Below, piece after piece: positions 1-9,670 of a stretch of DNA of 42,277 bases (the first letter of the stretch is position 1; each line of letters starts with the position of its first letter). Source of the DNA: a virus; the UHGV virus genome UHGV-0200773, one strand, 5' to 3'. Below the pieces are notes generated by a model, which saw nothing but the letters and a program-made list of their open reading frames with translations, ran no database searches and was not told where the DNA came from. The translations under genes were made by a program, and so were the position numbers.

Positions 1-12
1 CTGCAAACATCT

Positions 13-264
13 TTAAAGATTCTTGGATTTCTCTGCGAAGTCACTGGTCATCTTCTCGATGAACTCGTCCGCTCTGTCCTGCTCCTCCTCGCTGTGCCGA
101 AGGACCTCAGCGATAGGCTCCGGGACCTCCACCTCGACGCCTCGCTGGATCTTAAAGACCCTGCCGTTTACCGATGCGATGACGAAGTTCTCTTCTCCTC
201 GCGGAGCTTTCGGAAGCTTGACCGTTACCTTCTTATCCCATGGATCTCTTCCTGTAGTAGCCAT
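13..264 (-). CDS. Small protein downstream of major capsid gene (possible head accessory protein)
   Basis: 83 aa ORF, GGAGG RBS, directly follows the capsid gene. Confidence 0.6.
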   Translation of the reverse strand: MATTGRDPWDKKVTVKLPKAPRGEENFVIASVNGRVFKIQRGVEVEVPEPIAEVLRHSEEEQDRADEFIEKMTSDFAEKSKNL

Positions 265-276
265 TGTTCCTCCTTA

Positions 277-1320
277 TTAGTTCGCATCATCCGTCTTGGA
301 GAAGAAGGAGCCGGTCTCTACGCGGACCATTCTCTCCTGATAGAGGATCTTTGCACCCTCGGAGCCCTTCCAGCCAACCGTGGATCTCTGGTCAAGAGGA
401 TCCGCCGTACCTGCAGAACCACGCTGCTTCACGATGACCTCAAGGTTCTCTGCGGACGGATCAATGATACCGTATGCTTCCTTGCCGAGGAAAACAGCGC
501 CGTAGACGCAGGTGTCTGCTGCACAGCCGTCAGTAGTTCCCTTCCAGACCTTGGTCTCCGTGTTCTCGATGAAGCGGACGCCGTGAAGCTTACCGATCTC
601 TCCGTTGTAGATCTCGCCGGGCTGAGCGTACTTGTGTACGTCAAGCCAGTCAGAGGACTGACGGAGGTCATACGCCTGCGAAGGATGGATGATAGCTACG
701 TAATCGCCGTTGATTTTCGGAGCGTGCTGCTTCTTAAGGAAGGTTGCAGCCTGATTAACAAGCTCGGAGGTCAGCGTATCCGCTACTCCAAGCGTTGATC
801 TGGAGGTCTTGCCCCCTGCATAGATGACGTTCGTTCCGGTGATAACCTCGTTACGGATAACCGTGTCCATGGTGTCACCGGCCTGTGCTCCGTGCTCCTC
901 AGTAACCGCAGTGATGACCGGATCCACTGCCTCAAGCTCAAGACGATCGGAGATCGTGGTGTAGTCACCGTACTGGTTGATCTCACCCTCGATCTTGATC
1001 ATGTCGACCTTGTTGCCATCCGGAGTTACACCCTCAGTCAGCGGAGTCATAGCCTTGGCGTAAGTCTTAAACTTGCGCCACTCGACTTTGTTGCCGCCGT
1101 TTTTCGGAAGAGACTGCTTCTGACCAAACTGCGCGAAGTAGTGCTCGTTTCGGGCATTCTGCAGCAGAGATGTCTTGTAGAACGTCTTCATAGTCGGGGA
1201 CAGGTCGTTCCCGGTGGTTGCTGCAGTGGTGACGTTGGTATTCGGGTTCGGATCTGCAAACATCTGCAGATCAAAAGTGATTACAAAATCCTTGACGATG
1301 ATGTCGTTTTTCGTTCTCAT
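277..1320 (-). CDS. Major capsid protein, N4-gp56-like family
   Basis: PLTEGVTP, QYGDY, HPxQAYDL, GEIGKLHGVRF, DPLDQRSTVGWK motifs; N-terminal LQMFA processing motif. Confidence 0.9.
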   Translation of the reverse strand: MRTKNDIIVKDFVITFDLQMFADPNPNTNVTTAATTGNDLSPTMKTFYKTSLLQNARNEHYFAQFGQKQSLPKNGGNKVEWRKFKTYAKAMTPLTEGVTPDGNKVDMIKIEGEINQYGDYTTISDRLELEAVDPVITAVTEEHGAQAGDTMDTVIRNEVITGTNVIYAGGKTSRSTLGVADTLTSELVNQAATFLKKQHAPKINGDYVAIIHPSQAYDLRQSSDWLDVHKYAQPGEIYNGEIGKLHGVRFIENTETKVWKGTTDGCAADTCVYGAVFLGKEAYGIIDPSAENLEVIVKQRGSAGTADPLDQRSTVGWKGSEGAKILYQERMVRVETGSFFSKTDDAN

Positions 1321-1331
1321 TTCTTTCCTTC

Positions 1332-2234
1332 CTAGAACGTAATCCTTTCACCAGATTGCGCTCTCATCTTGATATCCTCAATCTGTTTCAGGGTAAGCTT
1401 GGAAGGATCTACACCGGTTGCTGCGCCTGCCTGCTGACCACCGGCTCCGTTCTCTGCGGGCCGTTTCATGCCGGACTGGATGGCGTTGCTCATCTTCTGC
1501 TGTGTACGCTTCACAGCGTATCCCATGGCTCCGCTCATAATCTCGTCTCTGTGGACAGCTTCATAGGCAATCTGCAGCGCATTCGGAAAACCGGATGACT
1601 GGAGTGTGGCTACCATGTGTCCGAACTGAGCATCTCCCATCTCTGTGTCCAGATCGAAATCCGGATACAGCTGCTTGAGCTGCTCGCCCTGAGACTGAAT
1701 AGCGTCCCACTCTCTCTGCTGCTCTGCCTGCTGAGCCTGCGACTTGTAGTAGGCGTTCTGCCTCTCCATGTCGTGCATGTACCGAAGGTCTTCAATTGAC
1801 ATGCCTCTGTCAAAAGCTTCCTTCTGCAATGCCTGATCGTCGTTCATCACCGCCCTTGTCAGGGCGTCGATGGGAATCCCGCCGTCTTCAGCAGGTGCGA
1901 TCCCGTACCTCTTGGCGAGAGCCTGCACCATCGGATCGATGGCGTTGACCTTGCCCTGCAGGTCCGACTGATTGCGGAACCTCTTATTTACGGCATCGCG
2001 TACAGACTTGCTGTACTCCTTCTTGTACTTACCTTTGATCAGCGAGTCCCATGACTCTTCCGGAGGCTGACCCTCTCCGTCTGCAGATGCGGTCTGCTGT
2101 GCTTCGGCTCCTGCTGGATCCTGTGCACCCGTGTCGGCAGTGACGACTGCGGAAGTATCCGCTACAGCTGCTGTTTCGCCTCCGCCATCTTCTGCGAAAA
2201 GCTGAAGACGGAAGGCATGTAACATATAGGGCAT
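1332..2234 (-). CDS. Capsid scaffolding protein
   Basis: Lies between protease and capsid genes; acidic/helical; N-terminal LQLFA motif. Confidence 0.75.
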   Translation of the reverse strand: MPYMLHAFRLQLFAEDGGGETAAVADTSAVVTADTGAQDPAGAEAQQTASADGEGQPPEESWDSLIKGKYKKEYSKSVRDAVNKRFRNQSDLQGKVNAIDPMVQALAKRYGIAPAEDGGIPIDALTRAVMNDDQALQKEAFDRGMSIEDLRYMHDMERQNAYYKSQAQQAEQQREWDAIQSQGEQLKQLYPDFDLDTEMGDAQFGHMVATLQSSGFPNALQIAYEAVHRDEIMSGAMGYAVKRTQQKMSNAIQSGMKRPAENGAGGQQAGAATGVDPSKLTLKQIEDIKMRAQSGERITF

Positions 2235-2278
2235 ATTGCTCCTTTCATCATCTGCGGTAGGTCGCGACCCTTATACGC

Positions 2279-2611
2279 TTATACTTTCACATTTCGCTTC
2301 GATAAAATAGGGCACCCTACCTCTGCGATAGATACGTACTTCGGGAAGGACTCTTGCACACCCCGGAAGCCTGTCAATATGGTCTGGAAGGCCTTCACAG
2401 CTTCTGCTCCCATGCCACGCACCCATGCAGAGCCTGACTCCAGATTGAAGTCATACCGGTCTGTCACAGAGGGCATCCTTGACGCAAGTGTCTGGATGAG
2501 GGTGGACAAGGATGCGCAGACAATGTCATTGCCATAGCCCGCGTATCCTGCATGCCCGTCTAGCCGGACTTCAAAAGCATCTTCAGTTCTGTAATATGTG
2601 ATCTTTGTCAT
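2279..2611 (-). CDS. prp: Prp-family (ribosomal-processing-like, DUF464) cysteine protease
   Basis: GHAGYA..GNDIVCASLS His/Cys catalytic signature, 110 aa. Confidence 0.9.
   Translation of the reverse strand: MTKITYYRTEDAFEVRLDGHAGYAGYGNDIVCASLSTLIQTLASRMPSVTDRYDFNLESGSAWVRGMGAEAVKAFQTILTGFRGVQESFPKYVSIAEVGCPILSKRNVKV
2281..2318 (-). promoter_or_regulatory. Putative late promoter copy (AGGGTGCCCTAT-N20-AAGTAT) upstream of scaffold/capsid
   Basis: 12-bp motif at 2307-2318, identical in four places, each upstream of a late gene block. Confidence 0.7.
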
Positions 2612-4611
2612 GACGGATTTGTGGTTTGAGCGGTCTGCTCTCTTGCGTTTTTCGTGATTGCAGACTCATCTGCTGTGCTTGTAGGCATTTTGGTTGTCCC
2701 GTGCGGGGTCCCTTCCTGCGCATTCAGGTTCTGGTTGATCTGGTCGGACATCTGACCGGCCATGTTGTACTGTCCGCCAGAAAGCTGATCAATCATCTCA
2801 GAGAGCTGGAGCATCTGCTGCTGCATCTGGAGCATCTGTTGATACATGCCACCGTTCTGCTGTACCTTCTGCAGCACGGACTGCTTCCCCTGAAAGTCCA
2901 TCATCTCAAGACAGGCAGATACCTGATCCGCGTACTGAGGATTGAAGAAGCCTGCGTTGTAGAACTGCATTGCAAGTTCGTTCTGCGCGAGCCTGCTGTA
3001 GGAGGAGGATTTCTCTGCTCCTACCTTCACATCAAAAGCAGGGACTCGATAGCCCATATCAATACCGAATTCCGTGCCCTGATCCTGCGGCTGGAGCCCA
3101 GCGTTCGAATACTGGACAAATTCCTGTTCTCCCTGCTTTCCCGTGATCCGGAACTGCCTCGGCATAGAGTAGAATTGCCGGATCAACTCAATCACCATGG
3201 TCACGACTTCCTTGTGTGCATCGAAGGTTGTGTTGATCTGGTCTCTCGAAGTCTTTCCGGCGCTCTCTTGCATTGCTGCAATCGCGGCTGCTGCAGTCAC
3301 GCCGCTCTGCGTTCCTCCGTTGGTGGAATCGCGGTTTCCGGTTGTCTCCTTCATCTCGTTTATCTTGTTTTCGAGGATAGAGATATAATTGCTGTTCACC
3401 ATCGTGGGAACATTGATCGGCTGGATGGAGTCCTGTCCCATGTTGCGGTCCACGTGAACGATAAGTTTGTTTGGATCTGCAAATTCCTCTTCGTTAACTC
3501 CTCCGTCATTGCGAACAAGGTACCTTGGAGAACAGACATGCTGCACGTTCTTCTCGAAGGCATTGTTGAAGATATCGATGGAGGCCTGCGCATTCTTGCC
3601 GACATCGATGAAGCCGAAGCCCACAGGCATACCTGCCTCCGGGAAAAGAACATCGAACACGAATGGATATTTGCCGTGGTCATACAGACCGCGTTCTGCC
3701 ATGCTTGGACCGGTGACGACATTGACCACCTGCGTGACCGGCAGTCCTGTCTGCGGATCCAGAAGAGCGTTCCCGTTCTCGTCGAATACCGGCTGCTCCT
3801 GCAGCTCCGTAGGTGGGGTCACGTCATTTTCTGTTGCATAAAGGACCGTATCCCCGACAAACTTACAGTACTGCAGCGTCATCTTGCCGTTCACCGGCTT
3901 CTTGTAGTACCAGTCGATGACAGCGGTCTTTCCTGTCGTGTCGATTGTCTCGTCATACATGTATTTCTTGAGGATCGTGTCGCTGGAGGCAGAGAGCTGT
4001 TCCGCCACCTGCGGGTAGGCCTGCTTCAACGTGTCGTTGTCCACAAGCTCCACCGTAAAAATGTTCTTGCTCTTCTGGATATCCTTGATGCCCGGCTCCC
4101 AGAAGATCGAGAGCAGATCCACGTTCTCGATGGAGATGTCTCCGAGGCCGTTGAGCTTGCTCTGATCCCAGTAGACACCGAAGCACCCGGTCCCGTTCTT
4201 GAGCTTGTACCATACTTCATCCGAGTAGACTTTCCGGTATCCAATCTGATCCATCACTACGGGTATGATGGAAGACAAGCGCTGCGCTTCCTCCACGTCC
4301 CCCGGCTCTCTTGGCAGGATGTCGCTGTCCGGGAAGCTGTCCATGAAATCCGCATGCTTGCTGATAACATCGTAGAAAAGCCACCCGGACGCAGGCTTCG
4401 GATCATCCATCGTCTCTTCCGTCTGCATCAGGTCCCAGTGCCGCATCTTCCACCACTTTTCGTTGCGCGTGATCTTGTCTTCGAGGCGCTGCTTGCCCTG
4501 CTTATACTTCCGGAGCACCTCGTATGCATTGCGGACCTGCTCCTTGCCAATCGGCTGCACCGGCTGCACGGGCCCTTCCGGCTGCTGTGTGATGTCAATG
4601 ATATCTGCCAT
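2608..4611 (-). CDS. Portal protein (P22-like/podoviral type)
   Basis: 667 aa after terL; YPFV..F, SGVTAAAAIAAMQE motif, Q-rich C-terminal coiled coil. Confidence 0.85.
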   Translation of the reverse strand: MADIIDITQQPEGPVQPVQPIGKEQVRNAYEVLRKYKQGKQRLEDKITRNEKWWKMRHWDLMQTEETMDDPKPASGWLFYDVISKHADFMDSFPDSDILPREPGDVEEAQRLSSIIPVVMDQIGYRKVYSDEVWYKLKNGTGCFGVYWDQSKLNGLGDISIENVDLLSIFWEPGIKDIQKSKNIFTVELVDNDTLKQAYPQVAEQLSASSDTILKKYMYDETIDTTGKTAVIDWYYKKPVNGKMTLQYCKFVGDTVLYATENDVTPPTELQEQPVFDENGNALLDPQTGLPVTQVVNVVTGPSMAERGLYDHGKYPFVFDVLFPEAGMPVGFGFIDVGKNAQASIDIFNNAFEKNVQHVCSPRYLVRNDGGVNEEEFADPNKLIVHVDRNMGQDSIQPINVPTMVNSNYISILENKINEMKETTGNRDSTNGGTQSGVTAAAAIAAMQESAGKTSRDQINTTFDAHKEVVTMVIELIRQFYSMPRQFRITGKQGEQEFVQYSNAGLQPQDQGTEFGIDMGYRVPAFDVKVGAEKSSSYSRLAQNELAMQFYNAGFFNPQYADQVSACLEMMDFQGKQSVLQKVQQNGGMYQQMLQMQQQMLQLSEMIDQLSGGQYNMAGQMSDQINQNLNAQEGTPHGTTKMPTSTADESAITKNAREQTAQTTNPS

Positions 4612-4620
4612 GCTCTTCTC

Positions 4621-6027
4621 CTATCCGTGCGGGATGAATTTCGCCCGCCGCTTCTTTATCCTCTGATTGAGAGGATCATCCTTGATCTCAACCTTTACTT
4701 CCTTGCGCTGCGGTTTGATCGGCCTGCTCATGCACTCGTACCGTACTTCGTCGGCCACATGATCCTCTTGTGTCGTGTCGATGTCCTCTACCTTGTGCTC
4801 GTCATACACAAGCAAAGGGATCGTCCGTATAAAAGCCTTGCAGTTGCTGAAGATGTACATCATGGGGATTCCGTTATCATCAAATGCCAGACGGTAATGC
4901 ACTTGCATCCACCCAGCGATCCGCTCGTGATCTCCCTTGTCAAAGTAGATTTGATGCTGCGCAGCTACGTCCGCTACGCTTTCCCCGCTCTCTGCGTTCC
5001 ATATAGCAGGATCTGCTACGCCGAAGATCCGCCTACCCTTGAGCCATGGGTGCTGAGTCTCGATCTCCCGAATGCGCTTAAATTGCTCCTGTGGAGTCCA
5101 CTTCACGCCTTCGTTCGGGGTCTGCGTGCATCCGTACAGCTCAAGGATGCGGTACAGCCTCCCGTCATAGTCCACAGCCCACCACGCACAGGAGAAAGGC
5201 TTGCTGTATCCGAAGTCGTAGCTCCTGCAGATTGTCCACCCTATCGGGATATCGAAGGGCTCGATCACATGCGTCCACTGCCTGTCCTCGTAGTGCTCCG
5301 GATCATCCCGGAATTCCTCAAAGACCTGACCGCTGAAGACATCCCATTCACCGTCCAGCCATGCCTTCCGTAGCTTCGGAGGGAGCGCTTCCAGACTCTT
5401 GATGTATCCCGGATCTCTCTTCATGAGGACTGTGTTGTCGGTCAGCTTCGCCTGCGTGAAGCTGTAGTCTTCCGGGTACTCGCCGGGCAAATACTTCTTG
5501 TCGATGAAGATCCGCTTGATGTACTGGTGCCCCACGCCTCCGGGGTTGCAGGTGAGGTAGATCCTCTTAGGATGATCATTAGCGCCTCTGCAGCATGAGT
5601 AGATCATCTTCAGCTCTTCCTCTGTCCACTGCGTCGCCTCGTCTATAAAAATGACATCCCACTCGATACCCTGCGTCTTGATGACCAGCTCATCCGTGCG
5701 CTGCGCGAATACAAATTCAATTACAGAGCCGGTGTTGAACGTCAGGCGCTTCTCCTGCTTGGAGTACTTCGCCACCTTTGCGCCCACAAGCTCTCCCACG
5801 AGGGTACGGATGTGGTTCTTTTCAAGATCAGGGTACTTGCGCCGGAATATTGCGATCTTGATCCCCTTGTGCTTAAAGGCCAAGAGCTTCGCCTTTGTCT
5901 GTATGGACCAGCTCTTGCCTCCGCCTCTTGCACCTCCGTAGCCTACGATCTTGTGGTGATCGAGAAGAAATTGCTTTTGCTTCTCCGAAGGTCTGCCGAT
6001 GATGAGCTCAGTCTGCATACTCATCAC
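4621..6027 (-). CDS. terL: Terminase large subunit
   Basis: Walker A GGARGGGKS, Walker B IFIDEA, TCNPGG, RNaseH-like DFGY..P and DHVADEVRY; start may be 6018. Confidence 0.95.
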   Translation of the reverse strand: MMSMQTELIIGRPSEKQKQFLLDHHKIVGYGGARGGGKSWSIQTKAKLLAFKHKGIKIAIFRRKYPDLEKNHIRTLVGELVGAKVAKYSKQEKRLTFNTGSVIEFVFAQRTDELVIKTQGIEWDVIFIDEATQWTEEELKMIYSCCRGANDHPKRIYLTCNPGGVGHQYIKRIFIDKKYLPGEYPEDYSFTQAKLTDNTVLMKRDPGYIKSLEALPPKLRKAWLDGEWDVFSGQVFEEFRDDPEHYEDRQWTHVIEPFDIPIGWTICRSYDFGYSKPFSCAWWAVDYDGRLYRILELYGCTQTPNEGVKWTPQEQFKRIREIETQHPWLKGRRIFGVADPAIWNAESGESVADVAAQHQIYFDKGDHERIAGWMQVHYRLAFDDNGIPMMYIFSNCKAFIRTIPLLVYDEHKVEDIDTTQEDHVADEVRYECMSRPIKPQRKEVKVEIKDDPLNQRIKKRRAKFIPHG

Positions 6028-6457
6028 CGTCTTCGTACCGGATCACAATCTCTGTGCTCTGTGCAGCTTCCGGAGTGCAGCCGTAGTACTCTGCCAGCTT
6101 CTGGAGCGCCGCCTGCACATCGCTGACTCTTCGGGTCTTCTTCTTGATCCCCCATGAGCCGTCTGCACACCTGCCTTCTTCGATATCCGTCAGCTCTCCG
6201 CTTGCGATCTCCTTGAGCTTCTTGATGATAAAGGCACGCATAGAGGCAGCATCATCTGCAGTCTTCTCGATGACCTTGCCCTGAATTTCGTCATACCTTG
6301 CCCTGACGTTGCCTTGCCGAAAGAGCCTGCACGCCTTCTGAGTAATCGTTTTCTCTTGCATCTTTGACGTGTCATATGCGGCCCGATATGCTGCGGATTG
6401 ATTCCCTCCGTTCCTTATGAGCTCTTGTACAAATTTTTCCTGCTTTTCTGTAAGCAT
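6008..6457 (-). CDS. terS: Terminase small subunit
   Basis: LTEKQEKFVQEL..GNQSAAYRAAY HTH; overlaps terL start. Confidence 0.9.
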   Translation of the reverse strand: MLTEKQEKFVQELIRNGGNQSAAYRAAYDTSKMQEKTITQKACRLFRQGNVRARYDEIQGKVIEKTADDAASMRAFIIKKLKEIASGELTDIEEGRCADGSWGIKKKTRRVSDVQAALQKLAEYYGCTPEAAQSTEIVIRYEDGDEYAD

Positions 6458-6480
6458 AGTCTCCTTGCCCTATAACCTAT

Positions 6481-6518
6481 ATTTTGACAAGGAAAAGGCC
6501 CGCTTTATAGGGCACCCT
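6481..6518 (-). promoter_or_regulatory. Putative late promoter copy (AGGGTGCCCTAT-N20-CAAAAT) upstream of terS
   Basis: Motif at 6507-6518; -10-like hexamer at 6481-6486 preceded by TG. Confidence 0.7.
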
Positions 6519-6538
6519 CTGTGATACAATTGGAAAGG

Positions 6539-6572
6539 AAAAGAGGACCGGGGAAATCCCGATCCTCTTTTT
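6539..6572. terminator. Bidirectional-looking intrinsic terminator ending the early operon
   Basis: AAAAGAGGAcCGGG-GAAAT-CCCGaTCCTCTTTT hairpin with A and T tracts. Confidence 0.75.
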
Positions 6573-6859
6573 TACATTCTCATCTTCTTTCGATACTTTG
6601 CCTGGGCTCTCTCTTCCATGCCCTTTCGGTCTCTGTCTATCCCGTCCTCGTTCTCATCAATCGCCCGGTATACTGAGCAGTTCCAGAAGCAGCCCTTGCA
6701 GAAGTCCTTCTTGTATACCCGCTTCACCTCTGCATTTTTGAAGTTGATTGTGGTGTGAGTGGCATCGTCTGTCAGTGGGAGGCATCTTATTTCGCAGGAT
6801 GCCTCCTTGCAGTACATCGGGCATGTCACGTATACATCCTCAGCGAACTTTGTTGACAT
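6572..6859 (-). CDS. Cys-rich small protein, candidate late transcription regulator
   Basis: CPMYC..C..FCKGCFWNC; last early gene before terS; function inferred from position only. Confidence 0.55.
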   Translation of the reverse strand: MSTKFAEDVYVTCPMYCKEASCEIRCLPLTDDATHTTINFKNAEVKRVYKKDFCKGCFWNCSVYRAIDENEDGIDRDRKGMEERAQAKYRKKMRM

Positions 6860-6870
6860 CCCTTGCCTCC

Positions 6871-7311
6871 TCAGTTGAATGGCAGCTCCTCATCGATCCC
6901 TTCCGGGATGTTCATAAATCCATCTAAGGCTGCGCTAGTCCCTAAACTCTGCGGTGCAGGCGTGCTGTAGTTATGTGCGACGTCATTCGCTGCCCTGCCT
7001 TCGCAGAACTCCTGTCCTTCTACTACAACGTCTGTCGTGTAAACCTTGTTACCATCCTGTCTGGTGTAGCTTCCGGTCTGGATCCGCCCGGCCACACAGA
7101 TCTTCATCCCCTTGTGGAGATACTTTTCTGTGAACTCTCCTGCCTTGCCGAATGCTACGCAGGAGATAAAATCCGCCGTCTGCTGTCCGTCCTTCTTCCC
7201 TCTCCGATCCACCGCAAGGGTGTACCTTGCTATGCACATGGGCTGTGCGTCCTGAGTATACCGGACATCAGGATCCTTCGTTAACCGGCCCATCAATACT
7301 ACTTTATTCAT
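6871..7311 (-). CDS. ssb: Single-stranded DNA-binding protein
   Basis: MNKVVLMGRLTKDP, GRIQTGSY, acidic tail EELPFN. Confidence 0.97.
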   Translation of the reverse strand: MNKVVLMGRLTKDPDVRYTQDAQPMCIARYTLAVDRRGKKDGQQTADFISCVAFGKAGEFTEKYLHKGMKICVAGRIQTGSYTRQDGNKVYTTDVVVEGQEFCEGRAANDVAHNYSTPAPQSLGTSAALDGFMNIPEGIDEELPFN

Positions 7312-7556
7312 TCTTTCACCTTCTCCATAAGTAACGTATCGAACCCTTCAGTTGCATAGATGCGTATTCCGTCCCGTTCCAACTTACAGCCGCCGCACAT
7401 CTTGGTTGCTTCAAATACATCACCGGCTCTTAGTGTTATAGACCCGCGAACGCCAAGATAACTCTCACGGATTCCCAGTTCTACGTTTTCTTTCATCCGC
7501 ATTTTCATTTTGCTTTTTCCTACAAGTGTCTGAACCTTCATCTTCGCTTCCCTCAT
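7308..7556 (-). CDS. Hypothetical protein
   Basis: RBS and 4-bp overlap with ssb. Confidence 0.55.
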   Translation of the reverse strand: MREAKMKVQTLVGKSKMKMRMKENVELGIRESYLGVRGSITLRAGDVFEATKMCGGCKLERDGIRIYATEGFDTLLMEKVKE

Positions 7557-7562
7557 TCCTTT

Positions 7563-7994
7563 TTATCCCCAGCGTAATGGAGTTTTTGTCTCAATACAGT
7601 CCTGGATGATCTGCTTAAAGTCCGACCACTTCATACAGTCCGGTCGACCTGCATAGCCGTAGCAATAATCATCGTCATAATCCTTGATCACTTCAAAGAT
7701 TGCGCGGCACGTCCATACGTCAGCTTTTCCTTCACAGTCCGACTGATACAGGAAATCAAGAATGCGGAGCTTTTTCGGCTCTTTCTTGAACTTGCCATTA
7801 AGATCATGAAGTTCCTTGTCGTATTTCTCGAAAAACTTTTTCCTTTCCGGTTCGAAGAACGGCGCATCGTCGAGTTTGCGGTAAAAAGTTCCGATTTCCG
7901 GCGATGTAAGATCTGCGACTTTCTGCCGAAGACTCTTGAACCCGCCAAGGCCACAGTCCGCCTCACGGTTCTTACTCCAAATTGTTACTCCCAT
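7563..7994 (-). CDS. Hypothetical phage protein
   Basis: AAGGAG RBS; FLYQSDCEG motif; fits operon packing. Confidence 0.7.
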   Translation of the reverse strand: MGVTIWSKNREADCGLGGFKSLRQKVADLTSPEIGTFYRKLDDAPFFEPERKKFFEKYDKELHDLNGKFKKEPKKLRILDFLYQSDCEGKADVWTCRAIFEVIKDYDDDYCYGYAGRPDCMKWSDFKQIIQDCIETKTPLRWG

Positions 7995-8036
7995 TTTTTC
8001 TCCTTTGTTGAAATAAACGTACTCAATCCCACAGGT

Positions 8037-8534
8037 TTAGCCGTCACAGGTCGGAATCGACGGCCCTTTATCCAGTACATCTGGTGCGGCAAGCTTAGTC
8101 ATTGCTAACACTCTTTTCAAGCCATATAGTGCCGCAACCTGATTTTCTACGGAGCACCCTCTATAATCGAAATAATTTTCGAATGTGATAAAGTAATCCG
8201 CTTCTGCCATCAACCTGATAGAATCGCCAAGGCTTCGAATGCGATCCGCATCGCTTTCAAAAGTCTTCGGCTCATAGGGATTGACTACCGCCAAAGTTTC
8301 TCCGGTATATGCTTCCGCCGTTCTCTTCAGTACTTCGAAACTCTTTTTGATGTTCTCTTCCGTTCGTCCCTTCATGGGGCAGGAAATAAAGAGCTTATGC
8401 TCCGGAATAACTGGTTTCAGTCGCACTTGATATTCCGGGTCCCAGTTAATCTCATCTTCTGTGATTGTGGCTATGAGCTCCCCGTCTTTGCTTTCAACAA
8501 TAACTCTCTCGATTCCCTCTAATACTCCGTTCAT
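8037..8534 (-). CDS. Nucleoside 2-deoxyribosyltransferase-like / DUF4406-like protein
   Basis: KLFISCPMKG...LMAEAD...RGCSVE; start re-called at ATG 8534 with GAGGAGG RBS. Confidence 0.7.
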   Translation of the reverse strand: MNGVLEGIERVIVESKDGELIATITEDEINWDPEYQVRLKPVIPEHKLFISCPMKGRTEENIKKSFEVLKRTAEAYTGETLAVVNPYEPKTFESDADRIRSLGDSIRLMAEADYFITFENYFDYRGCSVENQVAALYGLKRVLAMTKLAAPDVLDKGPSIPTCDG

Positions 8535-8952
8535 TTGCTTCCTCCTCTTCCTGCTCGTAGTGATACAGCTTCTCCAGCACATCCTGACGGCCAAACCCAT
8601 ACAAAATGTTGTAGTACACGACTTCCTCGCCCTTTGCATACGACACTGTCCGCGTCACCATGCGTTCCTGCTTTGGTTTGCCCGGCTCAGCTTCAGACGC
8701 GAGCCACTCTTCCGTCTCCTTAATGCAATGCCCACATTTAAAAATGCAGTCTTGACACGGTGTTTGTAGTTCGCACAGAACCACATCACCGTTTTTTCTT
8801 ACCGCAATACGGCGTGCAATTTCACTGGCCGGCAAACCTACAAGCCCAAGCTCATCGAATCTCTTTTTGTTTTTCTCTCCGTTTGTCATCATTTCCCCTT
8901 TCTTTGGCCCTGCTTCAGACTCAAGCCACTCTTTTTCCTTTTTGTCGCTCAT
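8494..8952 (-). CDS. Hypothetical Cys-cluster protein
   Basis: C-x4-CxxC-x3-CxxC followed by WLxSEA. Confidence 0.6.
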   Translation of the reverse strand: MSDKKEKEWLESEAGPKKGEMMTNGEKNKKRFDELGLVGLPASEIARRIAVRKNGDVVLCELQTPCQDCIFKCGHCIKETEEWLASEAEPGKPKQERMVTRTVSYAKGEEVVYYNILYGFGRQDVLEKLYHYEQEEEEANERSIRGNRESYC

Positions 8953-8956
8953 TCCT

Positions 8957-9409
8957 TCACCCGCCCCCGTTATAGATAACTACCATTGAAGGGAAGGGTG
9001 CGGAATCGGCGGCGTTCCCGTTGTCGTCCGTGAACCGTAACCGCCCGCGCACAAAGCGGATTTCCGCTTTCCCATAAATGTAATCGTGAAAATATGCCGT
9101 GTCTGTCCGCGCTGGGATAAGTAAAACAATCGGATACCCCACCACCTGCGCTTCCTCGAAAGCCTTTTTAACCCACTTGCCGATCTCGCGTCCGTAGGGC
9201 GGATTGCAAAATACCGCTCCGCCGCGATCCCAGCTTTGTGAAAGCCCGTCCGTTTCCGGTGTGTAATACAAAGAGCATTTTGCCGTTTTGTCGGTCGCCG
9301 CCGGATCAAGCACGAAGCCAAATTCAGCGTCCAACTCGTCGAAGAAGTCTTGCGGCGTACACCAGCACATATTTTTATGTGATAGAAGCGATTGGTTCAT
9401 TGCCATCAT
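8957..9409 (-). CDS. Phage DNA N6-adenine methyltransferase (phage Dam-type)
   Basis: WxTP, F.LDPAA, FCNPPY, LLIPARTDT, APFPS motifs. Confidence 0.92.
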   Translation of the reverse strand: MMAMNQSLLSHKNMCWCTPQDFFDELDAEFGFVLDPAATDKTAKCSLYYTPETDGLSQSWDRGGAVFCNPPYGREIGKWVKKAFEEAQVVGYPIVLLIPARTDTAYFHDYIYGKAEIRFVRGRLRFTDDNGNAADSAPFPSMVVIYNGGG

Positions 9410-9445
9410 TTTCCCTTTCTACTGAGCATCTCCCTTACGTACTCT

Positions 9446-9670
9446 TCAATCGTCTGTTGCTTCATCTTCGCTCCAATCTATGCGCTGTCCGCATTTAGGG
9501 CAAAACGTGTAGCTTTCATCAATTTCTGCGTTACATTTCGGACAGCTAGCTTCCCATTCAACAATATGATCGTATGCGTATCTAGCGTGATACCATTCTG
9601 GCTTTCGCGGAATCTGATAGTCTGCCATTTCCTTGAGCCTTGCATACTCTTCATCAGTCAGTGTGATCAT
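9446..9670 (-). CDS. Zinc-ribbon protein
   Basis: CPKC..FCPKCGQRIDW. Confidence 0.75.
   Translation of the reverse strand: MITLTDEEYARLKEMADYQIPRKPEWYHARYAYDHIVEWEASCPKCNAEIDESYTFCPKCGQRIDWSEDEATDD

Noticed and set aside
2224..2234. Fifth late motif (ATAGGGCAT)
   Set aside because: Partial match formed by the scaffold start codons; lacks the dyad.
2626..5373. 915-aa plus-strand ORF
   Set aside because: Antisense shadow of portal and terL caused by codon bias; no recognisable motifs or RBS.
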